Below are positions 48,993-58,931 of a stretch of 63,912 nucleotides of DNA, in pieces. Source of the stretch: a virus (Duplodnaviria; Caudoviricetes); the IMG/VR virus record IMGVR_UViG_3300037484_000502, positions 1 through 63,912 of that record; one strand, 5' to 3'. The notes below the pieces were generated by a model that did no database searches, was not told the origin of the DNA, and was given only the letters and a program-made list of their open reading frames with translations. Within the stretch, counting starts at the first letter, position 1, and each line of letters opens with the position of its first letter. Made by a program: the position numbers and the translations under genes.

Positions 48993-49465
48993 TTCACGCG
49001 CATGAAGCTCTCTAATGGGATATGGTGCTTGGTCGGCTCATGCTCCTCGTGGCTAGCTAAGTCGAGTCTCAGGCGCCTACGTACACGCCGCTCCCAGTCT
49101 CGCTTTGTCGCGCTCCAGATCCGAGCATGAGAGAACATCCACGAACCCCACCGGGTTCCAGCCCTGCCATGGGCTTGTAGATAGCCATTCATGATGGGTG
49201 GTACAATCTTGCGGCGATAGTTCTTGTGGCTGCCACCGCAACCCATCCTGGGTGTGATCCAAATCTCCCCTTCAGGCAGATCTCGGACCAGAGTGAGTGG
49301 GTCGATGACCTGGCCTGTGGCGTCCCGAATCTCAAAATCGGATGGTGGGCGGCTCACGTTGTGAGTCTCAATGAGGACTTGCAGCCGGATGGCAAACACC
49401 ATCTGACTCTCGTCACACTCCCGGCGAAGAGGATCCCCCATCACGATAAAGTTCAGGACTCTCAT
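48977..49465 (-). CDS. ubiquitin-like (DUF2604-like) domain ending in GG with a C-terminal extension
   Basis: LNFIVMG..ETHN..RP..FEIRDATGQVIDP..IWITPRMGCGG then about 84 further aa. Confidence 0.6.
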   Translation of the reverse strand: MRVLNFIVMGDPLRRECDESQMVFAIRLQVLIETHNVSRPPSDFEIRDATGQVIDPLTLVRDLPEGEIWITPRMGCGGSHKNYRRKIVPPIMNGYLQAHGRAGTRWGSWMFSHARIWSATKRDWERRVRRRLRLDLASHEEHEPTKHHIPLESFMRVKWGYK

Positions 49466-49831
49466 GGCAGTCACCTCATGGCCTTGAGGATCGCTAGTAA
49501 ATCCAACCGGCACTGTTTCTTTTCCAGAGCTGACAACACGTCATAGTCTGGACCAGGCTGCCCCTCCCCCTCGGGAATCCAGTCCTGTCGCATACGAACT
49601 GCACAACCAGCGTCTAGTTGCCTAATTGTGAATGGTCCCACCTTAGCCATCGGAATCCCTTTCCAGTGATGTGATTGAAGCTGGAATCGTCCGCCGCCGG
49701 CCTCCATGCCGGTTTGCGCACAAGTTGCCGTGGTCAAAGCTCTTTGGCTCAAGGATGGCCGCGAATGCTCGCACGACTAGACGTCAATTCGCCCCGTTTG
49801 ACAGGCCCCTGCATCAGCCCGCGCCACAAGG

Positions 49832-50116
49832 TCAGCCGATTCCAGCTTCAATCCCACCACCCCGTAGCGCCGCAGCCTCCTCCAATGCGTACAACTGAGT
49901 TTCTTGCCGAGCAACTCTCTCCCGAAGCTCACTCAGCTCCTTACGCTGTAGCTTGTTCAAGAAGTTGCTGAAGTAGAGCATAGTCAGGCCGGTGACCAGC
50001 CAGCCACCGGTTCTCCAATCCCCCAGTACAAAACAACCGATGACCCCGAAAAGAAGAGCGACTCCAGCCAGTGCCCCAATCAGAGGGATGATTCGATACG
50101 AAAATTCCTTCATCAC
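49832..50116 (-). CDS. two-TM membrane protein with coiled tail
   Basis: Two hydrophobic helices. Confidence 0.65.
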   Translation of the reverse strand: MMKEFSYRIIPLIGALAGVALLFGVIGCFVLGDWRTGGWLVTGLTMLYFSNFLNKLQRKELSELRERVARQETQLYALEEAAALRGGGIEAGIG

Positions 50117-50568
50117 TCATCCCCTGGAGTAGCAAGAAGCTCATGCTCTTGAACGTCTTCTACCCCGTAGAAACTAGGCTCGTGACCAGTCTGTTCACAC
50201 CAGGTGTCAAACACTTCTTGTAGCAGCACATCGAGTGCCGCCTGCTGTTCCTTCGTCACACCATGAAGCCAGCTCTCTGCGTGATCTCCAACTGCCTCAT
50301 ACGCAGCCTCTTGAGCGTGCTCAACCATACGTTCTGCGTAGTCCCGAATGTAGTAACTTGGGGGCCTCTTTATGCATCGCGCCGTGTACACCGTCGTCAC
50401 TTCCGCAGGGGTGAACGAGGAGTGTTCGCAAGTACCCGTTCTGTCTGCTACCGCCACTATGGCCTCTGCAAGAGCTTCCTCACGGGTACCCCCTCCGTTC
50501 TCGTAGTCCTCTTCATTGAGGGAGTAGCAGTACTCCACAGGCGGTACCAACCATAACATTTCGCTCAT
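50113..50568 (-). CDS. acidic hypothetical phage protein
   Basis: TREEALAEA..PSFYGV pattern common in phage small proteins. Confidence 0.7.
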   Translation of the reverse strand: MSEMLWLVPPVEYCYSLNEEDYENGGGTREEALAEAIVAVADRTGTCEHSSFTPAEVTTVYTARCIKRPPSYYIRDYAERMVEHAQEAAYEAVGDHAESWLHGVTKEQQAALDVLLQEVFDTWCEQTGHEPSFYGVEDVQEHELLATPGDE

Positions 50569-50852
50569 GACATCCCTCTCGGCTCTTGTCCTGGCAACCA
50601 GAAGATTCGCACGCGTCTGTTACGCCCCGTTAGGGTTGTTCCCGCCACGAGTGTGCCTGGTTGACGAGAGAGTGCAGCCAGTACTCGATCATGGAGGTCC
50701 GGAATCCCACCCATGTATTTGGTTGGGCGCCGCAACACACCAGCACGAGCAGCAATTCGATCGAGCAGGCCACAATCGCCCCACATCACGGCAGGGTTAC
50801 CGGTTTCCTGGAGTACTTCTACCGCAGCGTCGCACATCCTCATTCTGGTCAC
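50565..50852 (-). CDS. hypothetical protein, possibly winged helix
   Basis: Overlaps both neighbours. Confidence 0.55.
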   Translation of the reverse strand: MTRMRMCDAAVEVLQETGNPAVMWGDCGLLDRIAARAGVLRRPTKYMGGIPDLHDRVLAALSRQPGTLVAGTTLTGRNRRVRIFWLPGQEPRGMS

Positions 50853-51802
50853 TCGGTAGGTACTCTTAGGATGGACCCATCAGCTTCAATCCTAACGGAT
50901 CGAACCCGAAGCTTTCTCACTTCGCTCTTTCTGCCCTCGTACTCTTGAGCTGTTTGTACGTTGGAGTTGATAACCTCCAGAGCTTCTTCCAGGGTAGGAA
51001 ATAATGCCAATCCCATACCCGACTCTACTATATCCCAAACTGGAGGGGCACTCTCCAGTTCGCCATTCGCTGGGTTGCGAATGCCCTCGATCGCAAATCC
51101 CTCTACTGGTCCACCACCCAACTCATTGAGCTTGGCCAGTAACGTAACCAAGGCAGGTCGAATTCTTGCGATCAACGAAAGGTCGAATGCCTTCTCTTGA
51201 ATGTGCTTTTCTTTCCCACGTTCAAATGATCTGATCATCGAGAGTGCCCAACTTGATCGGCCAACCGTGCGCAGAGCCAAGTCAGCTTCTGACAGGTGGG
51301 TTGCCGCAAGGTGCATCTCGGCCGTTTGGTCAAAGAAGTCCTTCAAGAGATACCAGGCCATAGCGATACGACCCCAAGAGCTGAGCTTTGCGTCGTTTTC
51401 AGGGTCAAGATGGGAGGCAATTACCTTGGAGATTCGGTCATCCCCCATATCGTCACTCCAAGTGTCATCCCCACAGTCGTGCTGTCTCATAGCCTCTGAA
51501 ACAGTTTGGAGATCTCGCACAGGGATCCAGTCCCCCTCCCGCCACCACCCATTCACGACGTCCTGTACATGGGACATTGCCCCGCAACAACCTCCTATGT
51601 AGGCGTCACCATCTCGACGAGTCAGATCAGACCAGTCTTGTAGACTGAGTCCGAAGTTTACTTCATTGACCACAGAAACGTCGTACGGAGATCTGTTGGG
51701 ACCGGTACCACGCCACTCCTGATCTAGACGGACGTCCATCCCAATCGATTGAAGCTGTGCAATTGCACTCTGTAGTCGAACAGCTCGCTCGGTGTTTGAC
51801 AT
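50849..51802 (-). CDS. hypothetical protein (317 aa)
   Basis: Long ORF; GAGG SD. Confidence 0.7.
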   Translation of the reverse strand: MSNTERAVRLQSAIAQLQSIGMDVRLDQEWRGTGPNRSPYDVSVVNEVNFGLSLQDWSDLTRRDGDAYIGGCCGAMSHVQDVVNGWWREGDWIPVRDLQTVSEAMRQHDCGDDTWSDDMGDDRISKVIASHLDPENDAKLSSWGRIAMAWYLLKDFFDQTAEMHLAATHLSEADLALRTVGRSSWALSMIRSFERGKEKHIQEKAFDLSLIARIRPALVTLLAKLNELGGGPVEGFAIEGIRNPANGELESAPPVWDIVESGMGLALFPTLEEALEVINSNVQTAQEYEGRKSEVRKLRVRSVRIEADGSILRVPTE

Positions 51803-51812
51803 GCTTCCGTCC

Positions 51813-52826
51813 TCAGATTCCCAGTCGGTCCCACATCTTACGCCATGAACTTCGTGGGGATGTTGGCATCGACACTACAGGTGCTGAATTCTTCGTCGTG
51901 TACGAGTCCCGGAAAGCATCGAAGGCCGACACTGCTGGGCCCAGGAACTCTTCCTTCAGGCACAGCTCATCGCAGAGCATGATGTTTCGGTAGCCAATGT
52001 CGTAGAGCCACGCCAGTTCCGAGAAATCAGTACACGATGGGACCGGGGAGCGAACGATGGAAAGGAGCAAACGGGAGGCCACACACGCCTTCGGATCCTT
52101 CTCAATGAGCATCTTCTGAGCCGCTAGGATCTCGTGTGGCATGAGTAGCTCAACGTAGAGGTCCCCTCGGGCTACCACCAGAGTCAGGTTGTCCTGCTTC
52201 TTGAACTCTCGTTCGACGTATTCGAGTCCCTTTTTGGACTCGATCTTCAACATCACGTCTGCGTCCTTCCCCACTAGCTCGCGGAACTCATCAATGTCCC
52301 GCTGACTTTCCACGTAGGATAGGAACCACTTGGTAAACCCAGATTTCCTAACTCGATCGATCTTGGACAGCTCTGCATCCGTGAACTGATTGCCACCCAC
52401 GCACAGACTCGGATGACGGATGTGGAGGGACTCCCCCGCTCGCACCACGTACTTCGGCCCACCCTCAAAGACCAAACGATAGCCGTCATCTTCGATGGAT
52501 TCGAGCAGGGCTGCATCGGCCCCCGCCTTGAACAGGACCGGAGTCGGAGTGTTAACGGTGATTGGGTGATTGAGTCGGATCTCCAGGTGATCTGGATTCG
52601 GGATGACCTCTTCGATACGAAGCTGCCTGCCCTTAATGTCGTAGAACAAGGGAACAGTGCGAGTTCCCTGTTCACGCTTCACGATGGACAGCTCCCGATC
52701 CAACTCTGTCAGCGCCATCATGGCGCTATTGAGTCGAATACCAGAAAGGCGATCATCATTCAGAAACGACTTAAAGTGGGGAAAGCTGGGCCACAGTGTA
52801 ACCATCAGCTTGAGGTCGTTTTTCAT
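51813..52826 (-). CDS. pyruvate kinase-like protein (barrel plus B domain, no C-terminal domain)
   Basis: IRLN, DIKGRQLRI, LSYVES..D, LKIESKKGL, VARGDL.VE, MLCDE. Confidence 0.85.
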   Translation of the reverse strand: MKNDLKLMVTLWPSFPHFKSFLNDDRLSGIRLNSAMMALTELDRELSIVKREQGTRTVPLFYDIKGRQLRIEEVIPNPDHLEIRLNHPITVNTPTPVLFKAGADAALLESIEDDGYRLVFEGGPKYVVRAGESLHIRHPSLCVGGNQFTDAELSKIDRVRKSGFTKWFLSYVESQRDIDEFRELVGKDADVMLKIESKKGLEYVEREFKKQDNLTLVVARGDLYVELLMPHEILAAQKMLIEKDPKACVASRLLLSIVRSPVPSCTDFSELAWLYDIGYRNIMLCDELCLKEEFLGPAVSAFDAFRDSYTTKNSAPVVSMPTSPRSSWRKMWDRLGI

Positions 52827-53125
52827 GTGCCCTCCGGCCAGGTAAGGTAAGGGCCTTGACCATTGGACTGAAGATCTAACCAGCGCTGTTCCCTGTCATC
52901 CACACTCAAATGACATGCTTGCCCCTCTTGCCAAATGATGTACGGCCCTTGACCACTAGATTGGATGACCACCCAACCCAGGATCGGATCATGTGCGATT
53001 CCAGTGGGTACACGGAGAGCAGACTCCCCCGTAGCCAGAGCCACTGCTTCAGGCGGAGCACCACAAGTCCACCACTCTGCGTAGGGGACGAGCTTTCGCT
53101 CAAGCTCGAATAAGTCGGTGGTCAT
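52823..53125 (-). CDS. hypothetical protein
   Basis: ATGA overlaps; internal repeat QS(S/N)GQGPY. Confidence 0.55.
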   Translation of the reverse strand: MTTDLFELERKLVPYAEWWTCGAPPEAVALATGESALRVPTGIAHDPILGWVVIQSSGQGPYIIWQEGQACHLSVDDREQRWLDLQSNGQGPYLTWPEGT

Positions 53126-54090
53126 CCGAGCGGCTTTGTCTTCGTGCCGGTACCTGGCTTGTGCAGTGTGCTGGCGCCACGAGGGAGTCTCTTGTCCATT
53201 GGGGTCGAGGCATGAACCGTTGCCAGAGACCTCATGACCGTTGCCACTTGGGCTGGGGTCTGACGGTCATTCAGTTCCTTCGTGAAGTAGTCGATCTTGC
53301 CCGACTCCCTAGCGAAGATACCGAAGATCACGTCTATGACGCGACCCGCTTCAGGCAGATAGACCACACGGTCATCACCCACGAGATCACACCACGTCTT
53401 GTGTTCTCGGCTAACACTCCCATCCCTTTCCTCCCCGTAGGGCTTACGGATGTAGTAGACAGAGTATTTCTGGGCCAGCTCAGCGAAGACTTCCTTCGTG
53501 GTGATCTTCTGTGGCATGGCCGTGTGAGTGTACCTCTCTGCGATGTCCGGAGCGATCGTGTCGTACGGAATCTCGTCTCCGATCATGATGAAGATCGGCT
53601 TCCGAACAGCTCGTGGCATAGCCACATTGCGGGCGAAGTACAGAGCCGCCAGCTCGTAGCTCTCGTTGCCGCCACCCCCGCCGCCACCTTCGATGACAAG
53701 ACTGGTGAGGCGTGCCTTCATCTCTTCGCCCTTGGCGAACTCCCCTGCCTGGAGTGGGTACTTGTCAGAGAAGGCATCGCCCACTGCGGCGAAGCAGATC
53801 TCTGATCCCGATCCGAAGTACTCCGTATTCATCTCATGTTCGAGATAGGGTAGCTTCGAGAAGATGGTCGCAGGCCACTTCGCCATAGAACCGGTCACAT
53901 CGCATGCGATGACGACCGGAGCCGGGCTATCTGTCGTGATTGAACGGGGCAGAAAGTCAGCCGCCGTCTTGCCAGCGCTAGCGGCTGTAGCGTAGCTGCG
54001 TCCGGCATAGGCATCGTACGAAGCCCTTGCCGATGCGAAGCTGTCCTTCTTGGCCCACGTTGCGGGAGCGTAGTCATCGCCTTCAGCCAT
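53122..54090 (-). CDS. vWA (MIDAS) domain protein
   Basis: DVTGSM MIDAS, GGGG..ESYELA, IGDE. Confidence 0.88.
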   Translation of the reverse strand: MAEGDDYAPATWAKKDSFASARASYDAYAGRSYATAASAGKTAADFLPRSITTDSPAPVVIACDVTGSMAKWPATIFSKLPYLEHEMNTEYFGSGSEICFAAVGDAFSDKYPLQAGEFAKGEEMKARLTSLVIEGGGGGGGNESYELAALYFARNVAMPRAVRKPIFIMIGDEIPYDTIAPDIAERYTHTAMPQKITTKEVFAELAQKYSVYYIRKPYGEERDGSVSREHKTWCDLVGDDRVVYLPEAGRVIDVIFGIFARESGKIDYFTKELNDRQTPAQVATVMRSLATVHASTPMDKRLPRGASTLHKPGTGTKTKPLG

Positions 54091-54319
54091 CTGAGTCCCT
54101 CTTTCTTTGAATCGCTTTTTCTACAGCACCTTCGCAGGTGCATTCGTAACCGTCCACATCAAAGACCTGGCAATCCCTAGCATGATCCGCAGGTGCCGTC
54201 CCATCCAAATACTCGCAACATTCGCACTCCCAACCACATTGCGGACCATCATGAACCGTGAGGAATATACCCTTCCCTGAATTGTACTCTGTACCTATGT
54301 AGTAGGTGCCTGGCTTCAT
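54083..54319 (-). CDS. small Cys-rich protein
   Basis: ATGA overlap; multiple Cys. Confidence 0.5.
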   Translation of the reverse strand: MKPGTYYIGTEYNSGKGIFLTVHDGPQCGWECECCEYLDGTAPADHARDCQVFDVDGYECTCEGAVEKAIQRKRDSDG

Positions 54320-55338
54320 GCGAATCCAGGAATGGCCTTGAGATTGGACTGCGTGCGCCCGAACGAGTCAACACGCATCTTCTGGAACGTCTCGATGAGA
54401 TTCTCCTTGGTCCAGTTGGGACGGGCCAATGGGTCTCGAACGATGAGTCGCTTGATGAACTTGCACATGGGATCTGGGGTAGACGCGGGGACGTTAAGCT
54501 TCTCTACGCCTTCGTAGTCCCCAGTGAGGCAGTACAGCATGGTCTTTCCCAGGCTGTAGAAATCTGTCTCCGGGATAGGTGGCTTACCCTCTACCATCTC
54601 AGGCGCCGAAAAGATTTCGGTGTACCCCTTACTCGCTGTCTTCCCAGTTGGTCGGATTGCACTGAGACCGAAATCCACGAGCACAGCAAGATGATCACTC
54701 GGCTGCACAATGACGTTCTTCGGCTTCAAATCTCCGTGCACGATTCCGTGCTGGTGGAGGTACAGCAAGCCATTGAGCAAGCGTTGAATAATCCACGCCA
54801 CATTCTCCGGATCCAACCGCCCTGCCTTGGTCACCACTTCTTCAAGGGTCGGTCCCTCGATGTACGACATGACGAGAATGATGCTGCCATCATCATGGCG
54901 AATAACGTCCCGCATGGAAGGGAGCGCATAGTGACGCATGTCCCAGAGAGCACCGGCCTCATCCAAGAGGATGGACTCGGATTCAGAGCTGTTCAGGAAC
55001 CCCTGCTTGAGGCAAGACAGGCGCTTCGAGATCGTGTGTTCGGCCTTGTAGGTAGACCCAAATCCACCATCTGTGATCTTCTCCACAATGCGGTAGTTGC
55101 CGATGATCGCGCCCTTCTTCGCACGCTTCTCGAAGCGAGCACGATGCTCGTCATCCGTAAGAATATTGTGGGCCTCCGAGATGTCCTTGAATCGCAGATC
55201 GTTCCCGACCTTATCTGGATGGTACTTAGCCATCAGGGCTTTCTTCGCTGCATCCATGACCTCACGGGAGGCATGGATGGAGACCTGAAGAACCTCGGCC
55301 ACATCCCGAAGGGAATCTGTGCTATCGCTAAGGCTCAC
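54316..55338 (-). CDS. DnaJ-domain / Hanks-type Ser/Thr protein kinase fusion
   Basis: KYHPDK J motif; GGFGSTY, LK, HGDLKPKN, DFG, APE. Confidence 0.92.
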   Translation of the reverse strand: MSLSDSTDSLRDVAEVLQVSIHASREVMDAAKKALMAKYHPDKVGNDLRFKDISEAHNILTDDEHRARFEKRAKKGAIIGNYRIVEKITDGGFGSTYKAEHTISKRLSCLKQGFLNSSESESILLDEAGALWDMRHYALPSMRDVIRHDDGSIILVMSYIEGPTLEEVVTKAGRLDPENVAWIIQRLLNGLLYLHQHGIVHGDLKPKNVIVQPSDHLAVLVDFGLSAIRPTGKTASKGYTEIFSAPEMVEGKPPIPETDFYSLGKTMLYCLTGDYEGVEKLNVPASTPDPMCKFIKRLIVRDPLARPNWTKENLIETFQKMRVDSFGRTQSNLKAIPGFA

Positions 55339-55850
55339 GACTTGTCCTTGGTGTCGTCTACGATTGCAGCCCCAAAGCAGGCACGCAAGAACTTCTCTTC
55401 CGGAGACAGGATTGCCGAAGGTCTACGACTCGCAAGAAGTCTGGTCTCCGGGGTCGTGGGCGGTCCTGGGTGGAAGTACCACATGCACTCAGGGGAGCCC
55501 TCACCTGGACCAATGATGGCAGTCACATAGGGGGCCTTGACCAGCCTTTCACTCAGGGTTCCCATCCAACCCTGGAGGTCGAATGTACGGAACGCCTTAG
55601 CAGTACTTGGGACCCCAGGATGGTCGAAGGCGCTCCACTCGCAGGCACGCAACGCTGCCTCCACGGTGCCCGTGTAGCCCGTGCGAAGGTCCAGGACGCC
55701 CCCAGCTAGGGGTCCCTGGACGCGCGGGTCACAGAGGTTGCAGCACTTCTCCCAATAGGTGGGGTCCGCCTTCCGGATGACGTCGATTGCCGCGTGAACT
55801 CGCGGGGTGAGGGCAGGATCTGGTGTGAGGTCTGAAAGCACGGGATTTAG
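55335..55850 (-). CDS. hypothetical protein (start uncertain)
   Basis: 3' part of ORF 55335-56078 not overlapping the upstream gene. Confidence 0.45.
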   Translation of the reverse strand, partial: LNPVLSDLTPDPALTPRVHAAIDVIRKADPTYWEKCCNLCDPRVQGPLAGGVLDLRTGYTGTVEAALRACEWSAFDHPGVPSTAKAFRTFDLQGWMGTLSERLVKAPYVTAIIGPGEGSPECMWYFHPGPPTTPETRLLASRRPSAILSPEEKFLRACFGAAIVDDTKDKS

Positions 55851-56275
55851 TCCTGTTTCTGATGGTGCTGGCGCACGATTTTCGATAGATAGTGCGCCAG
55901 AGCCCCATCTTCTAGGCGAAGTCTTGTGATGGCGTCGGTGAATCCCACAGCCACCTTTCCGCCTTCCGAGGTCAAATCGTCCACGACGCAGGTGATGTTG
56001 TTCGCCGAAAAAATGACGTGGACCATCTTCGAGTCGAATTCCGGTACATGTCCGTGATGGCACCAGGACATGAAGCACTCAATGTTCTTGTAGGCAAAAA
56101 ACCCACTCATGGATGGAGACGGGAACGGGACGGCAGAGAGTGCTGTGAGCGTGTGTCGTGCGCCGTCCTCTAGAATCCCATCCGGCCACACTTCCCTCAG
56201 GAACAGAATGATCACTTCCTGCTCCGACGGATCTGGGGCCCCTTCAAGGATGACGTTCACTCCGCGGCCCATCAT
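55847..56275 (-). CDS. hypothetical protein
   Basis: GAGG SD before MMGRGVNV. Confidence 0.6.
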   Translation of the reverse strand: MMGRGVNVILEGAPDPSEQEVIILFLREVWPDGILEDGARHTLTALSAVPFPSPSMSGFFAYKNIECFMSWCHHGHVPEFDSKMVHVIFSANNITCVVDDLTSEGGKVAVGFTDAITRLRLEDGALAHYLSKIVRQHHQKQD

Positions 56276-56286
56276 GTGTACCTCAT

Positions 56287-56877
56287 TCAGATGCCACTGC
56301 ACTGGGACTTACGCTGTTTGGATCGTGACTGCACGCGCTGTTGCACCAAACCTTCTGGCACTTCGCCCACACCCCCGTTTGCTATCCATGCACGCATCGC
56401 TGACGCTTTTGGGCTGTCACCGATTGCAACGTCAAGCCTAGCCAATTCTGCGAGATCCTCAGGCGTAGGATTGTGCTTCAACAACAGATCACGTTCCTGC
56501 ATCAGAAGTGCGTCACGTTCCGATAGTGGGCTATCCTTCGGATGGATCTCTTTCGGCCTTGACTTGGTGGCCATAGACCCATTGGACTTCCGAATCTTTC
56601 GAGCTTCATTCGGGCTCCACTCGGCCACAACTATCCAATGGGTGCTCAAGTCTTCCACCAAAACACCCTCTTGGAGCATCTGTGTAATCTCGTAGTTGAC
56701 AAGCTCCGGAGAGTACTGGCGCTTCCGCACTTCCCCCCAGATCGTATTTTCGGCTAAGGCCTCTTTGACAATGAGATTTCGTGGTGTTCCTTTATCCACG
56801 AGGAAGAGGATATCCGCTCTCAGAGACCGGACCTTTCCATCCAGTCGTCGAATGGCCTTCGTGCTGATCTTGATCAT
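56287..56877 (-). CDS. hypothetical protein
   Basis: ATGA overlap with sigma factor gene. Confidence 0.65.
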   Translation of the reverse strand: MIKISTKAIRRLDGKVRSLRADILFLVDKGTPRNLIVKEALAENTIWGEVRKRQYSPELVNYEITQMLQEGVLVEDLSTHWIVVAEWSPNEARKIRKSNGSMATKSRPKEIHPKDSPLSERDALLMQERDLLLKHNPTPEDLAELARLDVAIGDSPKASAMRAWIANGGVGEVPEGLVQQRVQSRSKQRKSQCSGI

Positions 56878-57728
56878 GATAGGAGAGCCTTTCTAGCATC
56901 CCCGAATCGCTCTGTCAGGTACGCTTCCAGTCTCCTTTTCAAACTCCACTCAATCTGTTCCACACGTTGCTTGCTAACACCCCAGGACTCCCCCAGAGTA
57001 CCAAAAGGAGTTGGGTCCACGGACAAGAGGCGCTCTCTGAGGATGGTAGTCTCCTGTTCGTTGAGACTCTTGCCGAACTCAATAATCGCCTCACGAAGCA
57101 AGTCGAACACTTCCCCATTGGCGGCTGCCTCATCCGGAAGCTGGCAATCCGAAGACAGGCTGTCCCCAAGTGGTAGAAGGGTAGATCCCACAGGGACGTC
57201 TGTGGAGACCTCGTTGAAGCTACTGAGCTTGCAATCCATCATCTCCACATCTTCGGTCGTCACGCCTAGGCGCTTAGCGACCTCCACTACGGTTGGGTCA
57301 ATCCCCATGGCAGACAGCCTGGCTCTCTCCTTAGCAAGGCCGAAGAAGAGACTACGTTGTGCCTTGGTTCCGCCAACCTTCACTAGGCGAAGATTGCTCA
57401 TCGTGAACCGAATGCAGTACGCTCGGATCCACCAAGCTGCATAGGATGTAAGCTTCACGCCCTTGTACGGGTCGTACTTCTTCACAGCCTGCATGAGGCC
57501 AATGTTCCCCTCCTGCACCAAGTCCAACACATTGGTAGACCTACGCTTGTAGTCCTGAACAATCTTCACAACCAGTCGCAGGTTCGAGGTCACCAGGCGC
57601 GCAGCTATTTTGGTGTCTCCAGTTTCTACGTAAGCCACAGCCAGTGCATGTTGCTCCTCGTGAGAAAGCACCGGATACCGCTGGATATCACGCATGTACG
57701 AGTCTAGTGGATCTTGTCTGGAAAGCAT
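56874..57728 (-). CDS. RNA polymerase sigma factor, sigma32/RpoH (myxobacterial SigB/C/E-like) family
   Basis: LVTSNLRLVVKI, DLVQEGNIGLMQAVKKYDP.KG.KL.SYAAWWIRA, RpoH-box-like TKAQRSLFFGL, region 4 HTH; start at MLSRQDPLDSY. Confidence 0.92.
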   Translation of the reverse strand: MLSRQDPLDSYMRDIQRYPVLSHEEQHALAVAYVETGDTKIAARLVTSNLRLVVKIVQDYKRRSTNVLDLVQEGNIGLMQAVKKYDPYKGVKLTSYAAWWIRAYCIRFTMSNLRLVKVGGTKAQRSLFFGLAKERARLSAMGIDPTVVEVAKRLGVTTEDVEMMDCKLSSFNEVSTDVPVGSTLLPLGDSLSSDCQLPDEAAANGEVFDLLREAIIEFGKSLNEQETTILRERLLSVDPTPFGTLGESWGVSKQRVEQIEWSLKRRLEAYLTERFGDARKALLS

Positions 57729-57735
57729 ATGGTCT

Positions 57736-58062
57736 TCACCCAAATCGAAGAGTAGTGCCGTAGTGGGCATCCCATCCGGATGCTCCGAATGGAGACACCA
57801 TGCTACCCTCATCTACCAATTGGAAGGGCTGAAAACACCCATCGTTCTCGCGATACAGAGGTTCACATTTGATGACCCACTCATCGAACTTACTGCCAAT
57901 CACGAGGAAGTGTTTCCCCGTCCAAAGTCCAACGTTACCGTTACGTCCACGACCCACGTACCATCGGTTCACAAGGAGCTGTCCTTCAGGTATGAGAGGT
58001 ACGTCAGTCAAAACGGAATGACCCCCTTGCAGGACCCTCTTGGAGAGCATTCGACAGTCCAC
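57736..58062 (-). CDS. hypothetical protein (start probably downstream of 58062)
   Basis: WYVGRGRNGNVGLWTG..CFQPF. Confidence 0.55.
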   Translation of the reverse strand: MDCRMLSKRVLQGGHSVLTDVPLIPEGQLLVNRWYVGRGRNGNVGLWTGKHFLVIGSKFDEWVIKCEPLYRENDGCFQPFQLVDEGSMVSPFGASGWDAHYGTTLRFG

Positions 58063-58892
58063 CCACCTGGGAATGTGACTGTCCTTGGAGCGAAGACCAC
58101 AGACCCCTTCCCAACAGGGATGGGGTCATTGCAGAGATGGCACTTCCCATCCTTTTTGTTCCGTTTGATCCGACCGGAAGACCCAACGTGGGCATCCTGC
58201 TCTTTCTTCTTGGCATCGTATGCCCCGGTCTGAGCCAGAAATATAGAGTACTCTGCTTCTGCAATGCTGTAGTTAGCACGCCTTACGGAGCTGAACTCTG
58301 AAACTAGCTTGTCTGCATTGGAGAAGAGCTTTGCGATACGTAAAAGCCCTTCTTTCTGAGTGGCACTTGGTTGTGATGACTCCGCCACAAGCAACAGGGT
58401 CAGGGCCTCCGCCACACAGTATTGAGGGACGAACCACAAGCGGGACTTGGAATCCCATTTACCATGCAGGTCTTTCTTGATCTTCACCCGAAATGGGTAT
58501 GTGTCTCCATAGATGGCAACTAGTTTGTGCCCTACAGGAGGGGGTTCAGATGTGGGGTCGAAGGAATCTGGTAGGCTCTCAGCCTCATTCTGAATGAGCC
58601 CATCCCACTCGCTCTTGGACATGTAGAGAACGGACCCATACACCATCTTGTGTTGAAGGACAATTCTACGTGTATCCATGAGACTCTTGGCCCGTGTGTT
58701 CACGTAATCCGTAAGAGCACTGTCCTCAACCCCGAATGGATTAGCGCATATGAACGCCTCTCCCAAGGTAGACATCCACACCTCGCGTTGGAAGACCGGC
58801 ACCGACCCTGAGATCAGTGCATCCACCCCAAGACGACTTTGAGGGGGGGCTATGGGTAGCATCTCGCCCAGCACTGGGATCAGGGTTGCCAT
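58008..58892 (-). CDS. hypothetical protein with HARP/DUF5710-like motif and C-terminal Zn ribbon
   Basis: GDTYPFRVKIK..GKWD...RLWFVP; CHLC. Confidence 0.65.
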   Translation of the reverse strand: MATLIPVLGEMLPIAPPQSRLGVDALISGSVPVFQREVWMSTLGEAFICANPFGVEDSALTDYVNTRAKSLMDTRRIVLQHKMVYGSVLYMSKSEWDGLIQNEAESLPDSFDPTSEPPPVGHKLVAIYGDTYPFRVKIKKDLHGKWDSKSRLWFVPQYCVAEALTLLLVAESSQPSATQKEGLLRIAKLFSNADKLVSEFSSVRRANYSIAEAEYSIFLAQTGAYDAKKKEQDAHVGSSGRIKRNKKDGKCHLCNDPIPVGKGSVVFAPRTVTFPGGWTVECSPRGSCKGVIPF

Positions 58893-58931
58893 TCAAGCTC
58901 CATTACACCCCCTGACCTCAAATCTTTCCTG

